Source: an uncultured Phycisphaerales bacterium (lineage in GTDB: Bacteria > Planctomycetota > Phycisphaerae > Phycisphaerales > SM1A02). From it: a DNA stretch of 64,000 bases. Under the pieces are notes generated by a model. It did not search any database and was not told the DNA's origin. It worked only from the letters and a program-made list of their open reading frames with translations. The position numbers and the translations under genes are program-made. The DNA lies in NCBI GenBank assembly GCA_938084645.1, contig CALKEP010000015.1, positions 37,094-101,093 on the forward strand, written 5' to 3'. Shown here in pieces: positions 36,923 to 48,225 of the stretch (position 1 is the first letter of the stretch; every line of letters starts with the position of its first letter).

Positions 36923-37984
36923 ATGACCGACTCCAGACTTCACCAAGACGACCCGGCCGCCTCCGCCACCGAGGTCCAGAACGCCTTCGAACGGATCCGG
37001 AACGAGGTTCGAAAGGTCATCGTGGGCCAGGAAGAGACCGTGGAGGAGGTGCTCATCGCGATCTTCTGCGGTGGCCACGCGATCATCGAAGGTGTGCCCG
37101 GCCTCGCGAAGACACTGCTCGTCCACACGCTTTCAAGCACCCTGAACCTCGAGTTTTCGAGGGTGCAGTTCACCCCCGACCTCATGCCCTCGGACATGAC
37201 CGGCACCGAAGTGATCGAAGAGGACAAGACGACGGGACAACGCAACCTCCGGTTCGTCCCGGGGCCGATCTTCGCGAACATCATTCTCGCGGACGAGATC
37301 AACCGAACCCCTCCGAAGACCCAGGGCGCACTGCTCGAGGCGATGCAGGAGCGGCAGGTCACCGCGGGCGGCGAGTCCCACGCCCTTCCGAACCCCTTCT
37401 TCGTCCTTGCGACCCAGAACCCGATCGAACAGGAGGGGACCTACCCCCTTCCGGAAGCCCAACTCGACCGCTTCATGTTCAACATCCGGGTCGGCTATCC
37501 GACGGAATCGGACGAGCTCGCGATCGTCGAGCGCACCACCGCGGACGAGCAGACGAGCGCCGATGCCGTGCTCACGGGTGAAGACTGTCTCCGCATCCAA
37601 CACCTCGTTCGTCAGGTTCCGGTCGCCTCCCATGTCGCCCGATACGCACTCCGACTCGTTCGCTCGACCCGGGTGCGCGAGTCACTCGAGGACAAGCCCG
37701 AAATCGTTCGTGACTACCTCTCCTGGGGTGCCGGGCCGCGGGCCAGCCAGTTCCTCGTGCTCGCCGCGAAGGCGAAGGCGCTGATCAGCGGCTCGTCCCA
37801 TGTGACTCCCGAACACATCAGATCCGTCGCACTCCCGGTGCTTCGCCACCGATTGATCACCAACTTCAACGCGGAGGCCGACGGCATCACGACCGACGAC
37901 GTGGTTCGGCGCCTCATCGAGACCACGCCGGTCGACGAGGCCGACGCCGACACCCGGTCGACGCTCGACTCCGTGAGTCGTTGA
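36923..37984 (+). CDS. moxR: MoxR family AAA+ ATPase
   Basis: EGVPGLAKT, QFTPDLMPSD, DEINR, ATQNPIEQEGTYPLPEAQLDRF. Confidence 0.95.
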   Translation: MTDSRLHQDDPAASATEVQNAFERIRNEVRKVIVGQEETVEEVLIAIFCGGHAIIEGVPGLAKTLLVHTLSSTLNLEFSRVQFTPDLMPSDMTGTEVIEEDKTTGQRNLRFVPGPIFANIILADEINRTPPKTQGALLEAMQERQVTAGGESHALPNPFFVLATQNPIEQEGTYPLPEAQLDRFMFNIRVGYPTESDELAIVERTTADEQTSADAVLTGEDCLRIQHLVRQVPVASHVARYALRLVRSTRVRESLEDKPEIVRDYLSWGAGPRASQFLVLAAKAKALISGSSHVTPEHIRSVALPVLRHRLITNFNAEADGITTDDVVRRLIETTPVDEADADTRSTLDSVSR

Positions 37985-38045
37985 TGCACCGTCTCGACCG
38001 AAGCAGGCTCTGGCGTCCGCCACTCTTCCCGATCCGGAGATCTCG

Positions 38046-39032
38046 TTGACCGATTCGAAACCGGATTCGGCCGGCCTCCGGGCCGAGCAGTACCTCGCAC
38101 CCGAGACGATCGGACAACTGACGTCCTTCGAGCTCCGGGCGCGGATGATCGCCGAGGGCGTGATGAGCGGAATGCACCGCTCTCCGTACCAGGGCCTCGC
38201 GGTCGAATTCGCCGAGCACCGCCAGTACGTTCCGGGTGACGACCTCAAGCACCTCGACTGGAAGGTCTTCGGCCGCAGCGACAAGCTCTATCTGAAGCAG
38301 TACCAGCAGGAAACGAATCTCGATGTCGTGATCCTCGTCGACGCATCGGCCTCGATGCGGTTCGGAACGCTTCGGGTGAAGCAGGGCTGGGGCGGGACCG
38401 ACGCGTCCTCGCGACTCGGGACCTGGACGAAGTTCGATCACGCGACGGCGATCGGCGCGGCGCTCTGCTACCTGTCGCTCCAGCAGCGGGACCGGGTCGG
38501 GCTCGCGGTCTTCGCCGACGGAATCCGCGCCCAGGTGAAGCGTTCCAACGCGAAGAACACCTGGCGCAGCGTGGTTCGAACCCTCGCGACCGAGCCGGTC
38601 GACGACGCCACCGATCTTGGAAAGGTGGTCGACCAGGTGATGGCGACGGTCACCAATCGATCACTCTTCATCGTGGTGAGCGACCTGCTCGTACCGACCG
38701 AGTCGGTTCGTGCCGCACTCGCCCGATTCCGGCACCGACGCCACGATCTGATGCTCATGCAGGTGCTCGATCGACAGGAGCTCCGCTTCGATCTCGACGA
38801 ACCGATGCCGTTCGAGGGGCTCGAAGGAGAGGGTCGCCTGAACGTCGACCCACGGGTGGTTCGAGAGGATTATCTCGAGGCACTGACCCGGCACTGCGAT
38901 GATCTCGAGCGGTCCGCTCGAAGTCTCGGTTTCGATTATCTGCGATTGGACTCCCACGGATCGGTCGGCCCCGCCATCGCGGCGCTGCTTGGTCGACGAG
39001 CGACGCTGGCGCGGGGAGGTCGGGCGGGATGA
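38046..39032 (+). CDS. DUF58 domain (vWA-like) protein
   Basis: G.HRS, EFAEHRQY.PGDD..HLDWK, DASASM, VSD; TTG start. Confidence 0.93.
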   Translation: MTDSKPDSAGLRAEQYLAPETIGQLTSFELRARMIAEGVMSGMHRSPYQGLAVEFAEHRQYVPGDDLKHLDWKVFGRSDKLYLKQYQQETNLDVVILVDASASMRFGTLRVKQGWGGTDASSRLGTWTKFDHATAIGAALCYLSLQQRDRVGLAVFADGIRAQVKRSNAKNTWRSVVRTLATEPVDDATDLGKVVDQVMATVTNRSLFIVVSDLLVPTESVRAALARFRHRRHDLMLMQVLDRQELRFDLDEPMPFEGLEGEGRLNVDPRVVREDYLEALTRHCDDLERSARSLGFDYLRLDSHGSVGPAIAALLGRRATLARGGRAG

Positions 39033-41200
39033 CCTTCGTGACCACGTCCCTCGCGATCGCGGGCGTCGCGGCCGCGTCGATCCCGATCCTCGTCCACCTT
39101 CTCCTTCGCCGGCGACGCCGCCCGATGGCATGGGCGGCGATGACGCTGTTGATGGAGGCGGCCCGACGACACCGACGACGTTCACGACTGGAACAGATCC
39201 TCCTGCTCGCGGTGCGGGCGATCCTCGTGGCGATCCTCGGCGTCGCCCTGGCCCAGCCCCTGCTCGGGGAACGTTCGACGATCCTCGGAACACGGACCGT
39301 GCACCTCGTGCTTGACGACGGTCTCGTCAGCGGGCTGGTGGAGTCGGACGGTCGAACCACGCTCGAACGACAGTCCGCCGAAGCGATCACCCTCATCGAG
39401 TCCCTTGGAGGCAACGATCGCGTCGCCGTGATCCTCGCCGGCTCGCCCGTGCGTCGTCTGGTGTTCGGTCCCTCGACCGACCATCGTTCGACGATCCGGG
39501 CGATCGAGGGGCTGACCAGCCGGGAAGGGGCCACCGATCTCGCGGGGGCGCTGCAGCTGGTGAACGACGGCATCGACGAGACGGGGAACCAGGAGGTTCG
39601 TGTCTTCAGCGACTTCCGTCGGGGAAGCCTCGACGACGGTCGCCGCCCGCCTCCGATTCGGAATGCATCCGACGTACCCGTCGAACTCTTCGCCTCGCCG
39701 CCGACGGACACGACCGATTCCAACACGCAGATCGTCTCCATCGAGACGGCCCGAACACCGCTGTCCACGGCGGGTGCCGGCGATCTCCTGTTGGTCGACC
39801 TGGAACTCCGACGCACCGGGGTGCTCGAGGAGGGCGTCACCAACGTTCGTCTCGGTGGCGACGCCATCGCCGGCATCGAGAACCGACAGGTGGACTGGCC
39901 GGCGGGACGCGCCCGGTCCCGCGTCGACTTCCAGATCCGGGTCGACGAGGATGGCGGCGTACTCGAAGCCACCATCGATGCCGACGCACTGCCCCTCGAC
40001 GACCGACGGGTGACGATCGTGCCCGGGCGTGAACCGACCCGGGTCTTGCTGGTGGATCGCGAGGACCTCGTCGGTGCCGCGAGACTGGATCGACTCCGTG
40101 GAACCGACTGGTTCGAGCGGGCGCTGCTTCCGTCACCCGACACCACGATCGTCGAGGCGATCGACATCGATCGCGCGGATCCGGCGACGATCGACGAACG
40201 CGATCTCGAAGGCGTGTCACTCCTCGTGCTCGGTCGACCGGACCTTCTTCCGGACGATTTCAACGAGACGCTCGCGAGCTGGGTTCGTCGCGGTGGGGTG
40301 GTCGTGGTTCTCCCGCCGGGAGAGACGACGACCCGGGCCTGGGCATCCCCGATGCTCGAACGCCTCGACCTTCCATGGGCCGTGGCCCTCGAGTCATCCG
40401 TCGTCGACCCGCCACGGCGACTGCCGTCGGAGCAACCCGACTCACCGCTCACCAGCCTGATCGACTCCGAGATGATCGAACTCGCACCGAGTGTCGGAAT
40501 CGATCGCCGGCTTCCCGTCGGGGGGGTTCCGGATGGAGATCTCGTTCTCGTCGACGACGCCGGGGATCCGGTGCTGCTCGACGCACCGGTCGGCGCAGGG
40601 CGAGTGGTCTTCTTCGCGGTGACACCCGAACTCGGATGGACCGACCTTCCGGTCCGACCACTGATGGTTCCACTCGTGCAGGAGATCGCGCGACAGGGAA
40701 CCGCCTTGTCGAGACGTGGGGGCGACGGCGTCGTCGGAGCGCGAACACCCATGTTCCGAAGCAAGGGCATCGCGAGGATCGTGATGCCCGGGATGGTCGA
40801 TCGCGAGTTCGACGGTGATGACCCCGACCTCCCGGAAGAGAGCGGTGTCGCGATCGGATTCGATCTCGCCGGTCGAGTCGTCGAAGAGGCCGTGATCAAC
40901 CCCGACGTCATGGGAGGCTTGATCGAGCCCGTCGCCCGCGACGCGGTCGAAGCCTGGCTCGAGCCCGCCGGATCATGGCGGTTCACCGGAAGTGGCGCCG
41001 ACGTCCTCGAGGTGGTGGAGGATCGTGGATCGCTCGCGGTGATCCTCGTGGCGGTGGTACTCGCGCTCGCGATCGTCGAACTCGTGCTCGCTCGATGGTT
41101 CGCACGGGGTGGTCTTCGAAACCGTCGATCGCGAGGACTGACCGGCGCGAACGCGGACGCGGAGATCGATCGATCCCGTCGGGAGGGTGCGGCGGCATGA
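39029..41200 (+). CDS. BatA-like N-terminal double-TM / vWA domain protein
   Basis: PILVHLL.RRR...WAAM..L...LLLAVR..LAQP; vWA-like TDL/FSD; C-terminal TM; ATGA overlap. Confidence 0.87.
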   Translation: MTFVTTSLAIAGVAAASIPILVHLLLRRRRRPMAWAAMTLLMEAARRHRRRSRLEQILLLAVRAILVAILGVALAQPLLGERSTILGTRTVHLVLDDGLVSGLVESDGRTTLERQSAEAITLIESLGGNDRVAVILAGSPVRRLVFGPSTDHRSTIRAIEGLTSREGATDLAGALQLVNDGIDETGNQEVRVFSDFRRGSLDDGRRPPPIRNASDVPVELFASPPTDTTDSNTQIVSIETARTPLSTAGAGDLLLVDLELRRTGVLEEGVTNVRLGGDAIAGIENRQVDWPAGRARSRVDFQIRVDEDGGVLEATIDADALPLDDRRVTIVPGREPTRVLLVDREDLVGAARLDRLRGTDWFERALLPSPDTTIVEAIDIDRADPATIDERDLEGVSLLVLGRPDLLPDDFNETLASWVRRGGVVVVLPPGETTTRAWASPMLERLDLPWAVALESSVVDPPRRLPSEQPDSPLTSLIDSEMIELAPSVGIDRRLPVGGVPDGDLVLVDDAGDPVLLDAPVGAGRVVFFAVTPELGWTDLPVRPLMVPLVQEIARQGTALSRRGGDGVVGARTPMFRSKGIARIVMPGMVDREFDGDDPDLPEESGVAIGFDLAGRVVEEAVINPDVMGGLIEPVARDAVEAWLEPAGSWRFTGSGADVLEVVEDRGSLAVILVAVVLALAIVELVLARWFARGGLRNRRSRGLTGANADAEIDRSRREGAAA

Positions 41201-43551
41201 ACAGCACCTTCGGACGATGGTTGTTCGGAATCCGCGACCTCCCCGTCGGCGCCGAGGAGATCCGTCTCGCCTGGGAGCGTCCGTTCGAAGGATGGATCTG
41301 GGTCCTCGTCGTGCTCGGAAGCCTCGGAATCTCGATCTGGTCGTACAGTCGACTCGATGCGGGAGTCCGTGCGCGAGGGTTGCTGGGGTCGATCCGCGCC
41401 CTGATCCTCGTTCTGCTCGCCGTGTGCATCTCGGGACCGATGGCCGAACTGCCACGCGAACTGGTCGAACCGGACTGGGTCGCGGTGTTGGTCGATCGCA
41501 GTCGAAGCATGCAGGTTCGTGATGGTTCGAACACGGCGGTCGATCGCAGGACCCGCGAGGAGGATCTTCAGTCGATCCTCGATTCCGCCGGTCCGGCGTG
41601 GTGGAATCCCGGGGAGGCTCGTCGGGTCATGTGGCTCGGTTTCGGCGATGGTGTCTTCGACCTCGAAGGTTCGGTGCCGGTCGAGGATCCACCGAACGGC
41701 TCACCGGTGATCACGACCGAGCCCGACGGTTGGGGCACGAAGATCGCACCTGCGATCGAGGAGGTCCTTCGTCGAACCGCGGGCCGGCCGCTCGCGGGAA
41801 TCGTGCTGGTCTCCGATGGAAGAACGGACGCACCACCCGATCGGGATCTGGTCCGGCGCATGATCGGTTCCGCGGCGGGCGTCCACGCGATCCCGCTTGG
41901 TGCCGCGGTCCCGATGGGGGATGCGGGGATCACCAAGGTCGACGCCCCGCGCCGCGCCTTCGCCCGGGACGCCGTCCCGGTCGGGGTCCGGATCGGCAAC
42001 CGGGGCCGTGACGGGACGGTGACCGTCTCGCTGATCGATCTCGACGACGATGAAGTCCTCGATTCGACGGAGATCGAACTGCGATCGGATCGATCGACCA
42101 CCGACACCGTCCTGACCGCGACGCCACGACGCGACGATCGCGCCTCGGGCACGCGTCGATGGGAGGTTCGGATCGACGGAGAGGACGATCTCGTTCAGGA
42201 GAACGACATGGTCCAGGTCGACGTCGACTTCGTGGACCGACCGCTTCGCGTGCTCTACATCGAGGGGTATCCACGGTGGGAGTACCGGTACCTCAAGAAT
42301 CTCCTGGTGCGTGAACCGTCGATCGAGAGTTCGGTGATGCTTCTCTCCGCGGATCGGGAATTCGCCCAGGAGGGGAACACCCCGCTCGCCCGGCTGCCCC
42401 GCACCGCGGAGGAGTTCGCGGAATTCGATCTCATCATTCTCGGTGATCTTCCGTCGGGGTTCCTCACGGATTCGCGACAGGAGCTCATTCGAGAACAGGT
42501 TGCGCGTCGCGGCAGCGGCATCGTCATGATCGCCGGTCCACGTTCGATGCCATCCTCCTGGGCGGGCACGCCGCTCGCGGACCTGCTCCCCTTCACGGGT
42601 GGACTGGATCTCGATCGACACGGTGGACCGGTGCTCGTCCGACCCACGGATGCCGCGACGAGGCTCGGTGTGCTTCGCCTGGTCGTCGGGGAGGATGCCG
42701 GCTGGCCCGAAGCGCTGACCGATCCGAGTTACGGCTGGTCGCAGTTGCAGTGGGTCCAGCGCATCGACTCCGAACGCCTGAAACCGACGGCGGAGATTCT
42801 CGCCGAAGTGGTCCCGGTCGATGGGGAATCCGGCGATGCGACACCCCTCGTTCTCGGAATGCGATACGGCGCCGGTCAGTCCCTCTATGTCGCGACGGAC
42901 GAGATCTGGAGATGGCGCTACGGCCGGGGCGAACTGCTCCCCGAACAGTTCTGGATCCAACTGCTTCGGCTCCTCGGTCGCGAAGCGGTCCAGGGTGATC
43001 AACCCGTTCGCATCCTCGCGGAACCCCAGCAGGCGGAGATCGGTCGCCCGGTGAGAATCACCGTCGACCTCCTCGATGCGAGCGGTGGGGTCACCCCACC
43101 CGAGTCGGTGATGGTCGAAGCGATCGATGTGGATGGTGGCGTCGTGGGATCGGCCGAACTTCCCGCGAGCGGAGAGGCGTCGTGGGCGGGGACGTGGATC
43201 CCACCCGGACTCGGTGAGATTCGATTTCGAATCACCGAACCAGGCCTGTCCGCGATCGCGGGCGCCACGATGGCTTCGATCGAGGTCGGCCGACCCGACG
43301 ACGAACTACGAGACTCCGACGCGGACCATGAGTTCATCACGGCGCTCGCGGAGGAGACCGGTGGCCTGGTTCATGATCTGAACGGGGCAGATTCGGTTCT
43401 GGACCGGATCCATGATGCTCTTCCTCGACGAGCGATCGTCACGGAACAGCCGATTCGAGAGCGCATCTGGACCTCGCCGTTCTTCTTCATCATGCTTCTT
43501 TCGCTCGCCACCGCGGAGTGGGTGGGCCGCCGTCTGATCCGACTCGACTGA
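41197..43551 (+). CDS. Membrane-anchored vWA / glutamine amidotransferase-like domain protein
   Basis: DRSRSM MIDAS-like motif, SDG, RVLYIEGYPRWEYRYL, WRWR, C-terminal TM with EW..RR. Confidence 0.82.
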   Translation: MNSTFGRWLFGIRDLPVGAEEIRLAWERPFEGWIWVLVVLGSLGISIWSYSRLDAGVRARGLLGSIRALILVLLAVCISGPMAELPRELVEPDWVAVLVDRSRSMQVRDGSNTAVDRRTREEDLQSILDSAGPAWWNPGEARRVMWLGFGDGVFDLEGSVPVEDPPNGSPVITTEPDGWGTKIAPAIEEVLRRTAGRPLAGIVLVSDGRTDAPPDRDLVRRMIGSAAGVHAIPLGAAVPMGDAGITKVDAPRRAFARDAVPVGVRIGNRGRDGTVTVSLIDLDDDEVLDSTEIELRSDRSTTDTVLTATPRRDDRASGTRRWEVRIDGEDDLVQENDMVQVDVDFVDRPLRVLYIEGYPRWEYRYLKNLLVREPSIESSVMLLSADREFAQEGNTPLARLPRTAEEFAEFDLIILGDLPSGFLTDSRQELIREQVARRGSGIVMIAGPRSMPSSWAGTPLADLLPFTGGLDLDRHGGPVLVRPTDAATRLGVLRLVVGEDAGWPEALTDPSYGWSQLQWVQRIDSERLKPTAEILAEVVPVDGESGDATPLVLGMRYGAGQSLYVATDEIWRWRYGRGELLPEQFWIQLLRLLGREAVQGDQPVRILAEPQQAEIGRPVRITVDLLDASGGVTPPESVMVEAIDVDGGVVGSAELPASGEASWAGTWIPPGLGEIRFRITEPGLSAIAGATMASIEVGRPDDELRDSDADHEFITALAEETGGLVHDLNGADSVLDRIHDALPRRAIVTEQPIRERIWTSPFFFIMLLSLATAEWVGRRLIRLD

Positions 43552-43678
43552 ACCGACGAATCGGTGGAGGAACCGGCATCCGGTTCATCCCCATCCTGAA
43601 GGAACTTCTCCTCCTGGCCCCGGATTGTGAATCGAAGAGGACGATTCCGACGTTGATACGAATGGAAGCCCACGAACC

Positions 43679-46600
43679 ATGCCCATGACCGACGACATCA
43701 TCCCGAGAATCGAGCGGATCCGCCGCAGGATGCGTCGGACCGTGGTCGAACGGCACGCGTCGACGATCATCTCGGTGGTGGTCGCATCCGTCGTCGTGGT
43801 GGCGCTCGCGGACCGGATGCTCCGATTTCCATCCGCGGTTCGCTGGGTGATTCTCGTCGCAGGTCTTCTCGCGATCGGATGGGCGGCGAGCCGCAGGCTC
43901 TGGCCGGCGGTCCGATTTCATCCGTCACTGGTCGACGTCGCCTTGCGAATCGAGCGGATCGCACCCTCGCTCACCGGCAGACTGGCGAGCTGCGTCGAAT
44001 TCGAATCGACCGGATCCGAAGCCGGAAATCCACTGGCCGCGAGGTCGGTTCGGGACCTTCGAAGCCGGATCACGACGGTCCGCCTGGAAGATGTGATCGA
44101 TTCGACCTTCGCCCACCGAATGCTCGGGCTGGCGATGGTGATCTGCCTCGCGACCATCACGCTCGTCGCCTGGCGACCGGTGGACGCGTCGATCGCGGGC
44201 CGACGGGTCTTCGCACCGTGGTCGGATGCAAAGTGGCCGGCGCGGACCGAAGTGGTGGATCGGGTGGAGCCCGATCTCGTTCACCCTCGCGGCGAACCGC
44301 TCGCGATGACGGCGGAACTCGTCCGCGGCGATCCGGAATCAGACCGTGTCTTCCTTCGGATCCGCCGGGTCGACGACGGTGAAGCGAGCGATTGGCAGCG
44401 TCTGGTGCTCACACGACAACAGGCGGGCCGGTTCGAACGGATCGTCGACACCGACGCGGAGGAGATCCAGTACGCGTTCGAGACGGAAGACGACGCGACG
44501 TCGATCCGCACGATCCGGATCGTCCCCGCCCCCTCCGTCCGATCGGCCGCCGCGGTGGTCGGTCCCCCGGCGTATGCCGCCGGCCGTGGCGAGATCCGGT
44601 CCGACCTCGGCCCGGGGACCGATCGGCGAGCCCGACTCCGGCAGACGGTGCTCGAAGGATCCGATCTGGAGCTCGAACTCCGCCTCGAACGACCCGTCCC
44701 GATCCAACGGACCGCGACCGGCGCGATCGACCCCGACTTCATCGCCCGGACGGTCCTGGTTCCCGGAACCCGTCCCGTCATGCTCGAGGTCGACGCCTCG
44801 GATCCGACTCGATGGACGCTTTCGACGCGACTCGATCGCGGCGGCGACGTCGAGCTGGTGCTTCGCGACGAACACGGACTTCGGAATCTCGATCCGATCC
44901 GCTACCGGTTCGACACCGTCGCCGATCGACCCCCGACCACGACCATCACCCGGCCCGCGATGGACCAGACCGTCTCCACCGACGCGATCGTCGACATCCG
45001 CGCGGAGGCGAGGGACGACGTGGGACTCGCGTCGTTCCAGGTCGACGCGACGCTCGTGCGAAACGGCGTCGCATCGAGGGTCGAGATCATCGGATCGATG
45101 ACGCGATCCGATGATCAGGCCACCACCACCGCGGACGCCACGCTCGACCTCCGGTTCCAGATCGCCTCGCTCGAACCGGAAGTGGGGGACGAAATCCAGC
45201 TGGTGGCGATCGCGACGGACGAGTTCATGGAGGATGGATCGCGTCGGGATCCCGTTCGAAGCTCGACCCGAAGGCTTCGGATCGTTTCGGACATCGAACT
45301 TCTCGAGCAGTTGCAGTCGGCGCTCGGTTCGATTCGCCGGTCCGCGATCCGGCTCGACGACGATCAGGCCGGCATCGCCGAAGCGGTGCGCCGCGAGGGT
45401 GTCGATCGGGCGAGCATCCGCGACCAGGGGCGATTGAGCGATCGGATCGGGAGCGCCCGTGAGGCGATCGAATCGATCGAGTCGAGGCGGGATTCCAACC
45501 GACTCGAGGACGAACTGCTCGCGGACATGCTCGATCAGGCGCGCGATCTCGTCGAGGCCGCGGAAGCCGCCTCCGACCGAGCGGTCTCGGCGCTCGATCG
45601 CGCTGATCGGGAGCGGCAGGCCGAGACCGATCCATCGACGAATGGACGCGACGCCGATTCCAGGATGGAGGCCGATCAGGAATCGGAGGCGACCGGCGCG
45701 GATGCCGATGGGGATTCGGATCGTCGTGACGGATCGAGCGAGACACCCACCGACGAGACGGGATCGACGGATTCGCCGAGTCCGGGATCCGAAACCGACG
45801 GTGCCGCCTCGGGTGGCGAAGCCGAATCGCGGCCCGAGACGGGCGCGGAACGAGAGGCAAGGGAAGCTCAAGAGGACGTTCGGGAGGAGCTCGCCGATCT
45901 CGCGGAGCTGCTGGATCGTGGCGAGGATGCCTGGGTGGTCTCTCGAAAGATCCAGGAGATGGCCGAGGATCTCGCGGCGCTTCAGGAACGCACGTCGGAT
46001 CTCGCCGACGAGACCGTCGGCCGGGAGCGGTCGGAACTCACCGACGAGGAGCGACGTGAACTCGACGACATCGCGCGGGAACAGGCGGAACTCGCCGATG
46101 ATGCGGATGAATTGATCGAGGAACTGGAGGCGCGGGGCGAGTCGATGGATCGTGCCGATCCCGCTCAGGCCGCCGGTCTGCGGGAAGCCGCTCGTGAAGC
46201 ACGGGAACAGGGCCTCGAGGATCAGATGCGGGAGGCCGAGGAGCGAGCGAGGGAGAACCAGCTCCAACAGGCGGGTGAAGCCCAGCAGCAGGCGGCGGAA
46301 GCCCTGGACCGGATGCAGGAGACGATCGAGGAGTCGAGAAAGGCCCAGGTCGCGGAACTGCAGCGACGGATCGCGAGTCTGGTGGACGGTCTTCGAGGTC
46401 TGATCGAGTCGAGCGAGAACGAGATCATCGCGCTCGCCCGGGTGGAGGGCGTCGACGACGCCCCCGGGCTCGCGGAACGAAGTCGGGCGCTGATCACCCT
46501 CAACGGAAACACGCTTGCGGTCGCCGCCGAAGCGGCCGCAGCGGGACCGGACGGCGATCGGATCGCGCGGCTGGTGCAACGGGCTGGAACGAGCCAGGGC

Positions 46601-47440
46601 GCGGCCATCGGCGACCTTCGGGCACGACCCGCGCGGCTCGACGATGCTCGTGACAACCAGGAACGGGCACTTTCCTCGCTTCGCGAGGCGCTCGAACTCG
46701 CCGAGGATGCGGCGGAGGAACTCGCGGAGGAGCAGGCGGAGGAACGTCGAAACGATCTCCTCGCCGCCTATTCGGAAGTACTCGAGGTCCAGGTCGGGAT
46801 CCTGACCGAGACGGAACGGATCAGGATCGACGAGGGAGAACGACTCGGTCGTCGTTCCCTGATGACCTCGCGGCGGCTCGCCACCGACGAGGAGGCGCTC
46901 GGCCGTCGGATCGATTCGATTCGCGAGGAGTTCGGGGAGATCACCGATTCACTCGTCTTCTCCATGACGCATCGAAACATCGATGCGTGGATCGACGCCG
47001 CGACCGAAGGACTGCGGAACGGTCGTCCCGACGCCGCGACCATCGAACTGGAGATTCTCGTGGTGGAGGCGTTGGGCGGTCTCGCCGCGGCGCTCGATCA
47101 GGAAGCACCCGACGAGGATCCGTTCGCCGATGCGGAGAATGGCGGTGGAGGTGGTGAAGGCCAGGGCGGAGACCAGGGTGGTTCCCCGCCGGATCCTCTG
47201 ATCCCCCCGATCGCGGAACTCAAGATGCTTCGTGCGACGCAGCAGCAGATTCTGGATGCGACCCGACGTCTCGAGGCGACCCGAGGCCTCGAGGCGATGT
47301 CCGCGACCGAGTCGCGAATCACCGAACTCGCTCGCATGCAGGCCGACCTGCACGCGGTCGCGACCGCCCTGATCCAACAGCTCCAACCCGAGCCGGCGGG
47401 TGGCGACGCTCCCGAAGGACCGAAGGAGGAATCCCCATGA
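43679..47440 (+). CDS. Large membrane-anchored Ig-like plus coiled-coil protein (DUF4175-like)
   Basis: Three N-terminal TMs, A.RIE motif, DRPP and DDVGL repeats, long acidic Gln-rich helical tail. Confidence 0.78.
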   Translation: MPMTDDIIPRIERIRRRMRRTVVERHASTIISVVVASVVVVALADRMLRFPSAVRWVILVAGLLAIGWAASRRLWPAVRFHPSLVDVALRIERIAPSLTGRLASCVEFESTGSEAGNPLAARSVRDLRSRITTVRLEDVIDSTFAHRMLGLAMVICLATITLVAWRPVDASIAGRRVFAPWSDAKWPARTEVVDRVEPDLVHPRGEPLAMTAELVRGDPESDRVFLRIRRVDDGEASDWQRLVLTRQQAGRFERIVDTDAEEIQYAFETEDDATSIRTIRIVPAPSVRSAAAVVGPPAYAAGRGEIRSDLGPGTDRRARLRQTVLEGSDLELELRLERPVPIQRTATGAIDPDFIARTVLVPGTRPVMLEVDASDPTRWTLSTRLDRGGDVELVLRDEHGLRNLDPIRYRFDTVADRPPTTTITRPAMDQTVSTDAIVDIRAEARDDVGLASFQVDATLVRNGVASRVEIIGSMTRSDDQATTTADATLDLRFQIASLEPEVGDEIQLVAIATDEFMEDGSRRDPVRSSTRRLRIVSDIELLEQLQSALGSIRRSAIRLDDDQAGIAEAVRREGVDRASIRDQGRLSDRIGSAREAIESIESRRDSNRLEDELLADMLDQARDLVEAAEAASDRAVSALDRADRERQAETDPSTNGRDADSRMEADQESEATGADADGDSDRRDGSSETPTDETGSTDSPSPGSETDGAASGGEAESRPETGAEREAREAQEDVREELADLAELLDRGEDAWVVSRKIQEMAEDLAALQERTSDLADETVGRERSELTDEERRELDDIAREQAELADDADELIEELEARGESMDRADPAQAAGLREAAREAREQGLEDQMREAEERARENQLQQAGEAQQQAAEALDRMQETIEESRKAQVAELQRRIASLVDGLRGLIESSENEIIALARVEGVDDAPGLAERSRALITLNGNTLAVAAEAAAAGPDGDRIARLVQRAGTSQGAAIGDLRARPARLDDARDNQERALSSLREALELAEDAAEELAEEQAEERRNDLLAAYSEVLEVQVGILTETERIRIDEGERLGRRSLMTSRRLATDEEALGRRIDSIREEFGEITDSLVFSMTHRNIDAWIDAATEGLRNGRPDAATIELEILVVEALGGLAAALDQEAPDEDPFADAENGGGGGEGQGGDQGGSPPDPLIPPIAELKMLRATQQQILDATRRLEATRGLEAMSATESRITELARMQADLHAVATALIQQLQPEPAGGDAPEGPKEESP

Positions 47441-48225
47441 AGAGGTGCTCGGACATTCATGCAGCGAGTCTCACCATCCTCCTGATCGCCATCGTCGGTC
47501 TGGGTCGGCCGGCCTTCGCCGGAGTCTTCTCGAACGCTTCGGATGATCCACCTCCGGCACCCGCGCCCGAAGCCGAATCGGAGGTCGCCGAAGCCGAGGA
47601 AGGTCAGGACACGCCAGCGTCGCTTGACGACCTGCTCGATCTCGAGGCCGGGGAAGGCACCGATTCGGATGAGGCCGCGGCGGAACTCGAACGCCGCCGA
47701 ACCCTCGATGCCGCGCTCGCGGAGCAGGAACCGGAACAGGCGTTCCGGGTGGCGATCACCGAGATGCTCGAATCGGTGGATCTCCTTCGGGATCGACGTT
47801 CGACCGGCCTGGGGACGCAACGAGTCCAGGAACGGATCGTCGACCGTCTCCAGGTCCTGATCGACAGTGCCCGGAGGCAGCGTCAGCAGCAACAGCAGCA
47901 GCAATCCAGCTCCAGTTCCTCGCAGCAACAGCAGGATCCGGGTCGCCGATCACAGCAACCGCAGGATGGTCGTGAAGGTCAGGACGGCAGGGAGCAGCAG
48001 GGCCGGAACGATGGCGAGAATCAGGATGGCTCCTCGACCCAGCCCCCACCTCCCGAGTCGACGACCCTCGAGGGCGTGCTCGACGAGAGCCAGGTCGAAT
48101 GGGGAAGTCTGCCGCCGAGGGTCCGGGATCTCATCACCCAGGGAATGCGTGATCAGATGTCGCAGCTCTATCGATCACTGACCGAAGCGTATTATCGAAG
48201 AATGGCCGAGGAGGCGGATCGATGA
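47437..48225 (+). CDS. Secreted hypothetical protein of the MoxR cluster
   Basis: Signal peptide, TQ.VQ..I...L..LI, poly-Q/S linker, WGSLPPRVR...YYRRM; ATGA overlaps at both ends. Confidence 0.78.
   Translation: MKRCSDIHAASLTILLIAIVGLGRPAFAGVFSNASDDPPPAPAPEAESEVAEAEEGQDTPASLDDLLDLEAGEGTDSDEAAAELERRRTLDAALAEQEPEQAFRVAITEMLESVDLLRDRRSTGLGTQRVQERIVDRLQVLIDSARRQRQQQQQQQSSSSSSQQQQDPGRRSQQPQDGREGQDGREQQGRNDGENQDGSSTQPPPPESTTLEGVLDESQVEWGSLPPRVRDLITQGMRDQMSQLYRSLTEAYYRRMAEEADR

Noticed and set aside
47872..47940. CAG-rich poly-Gln/Ser tract as a repeat element or contingency locus
   Set aside because: Mixed CAG/CAA codons in frame; looks like an ordinary low-complexity linker
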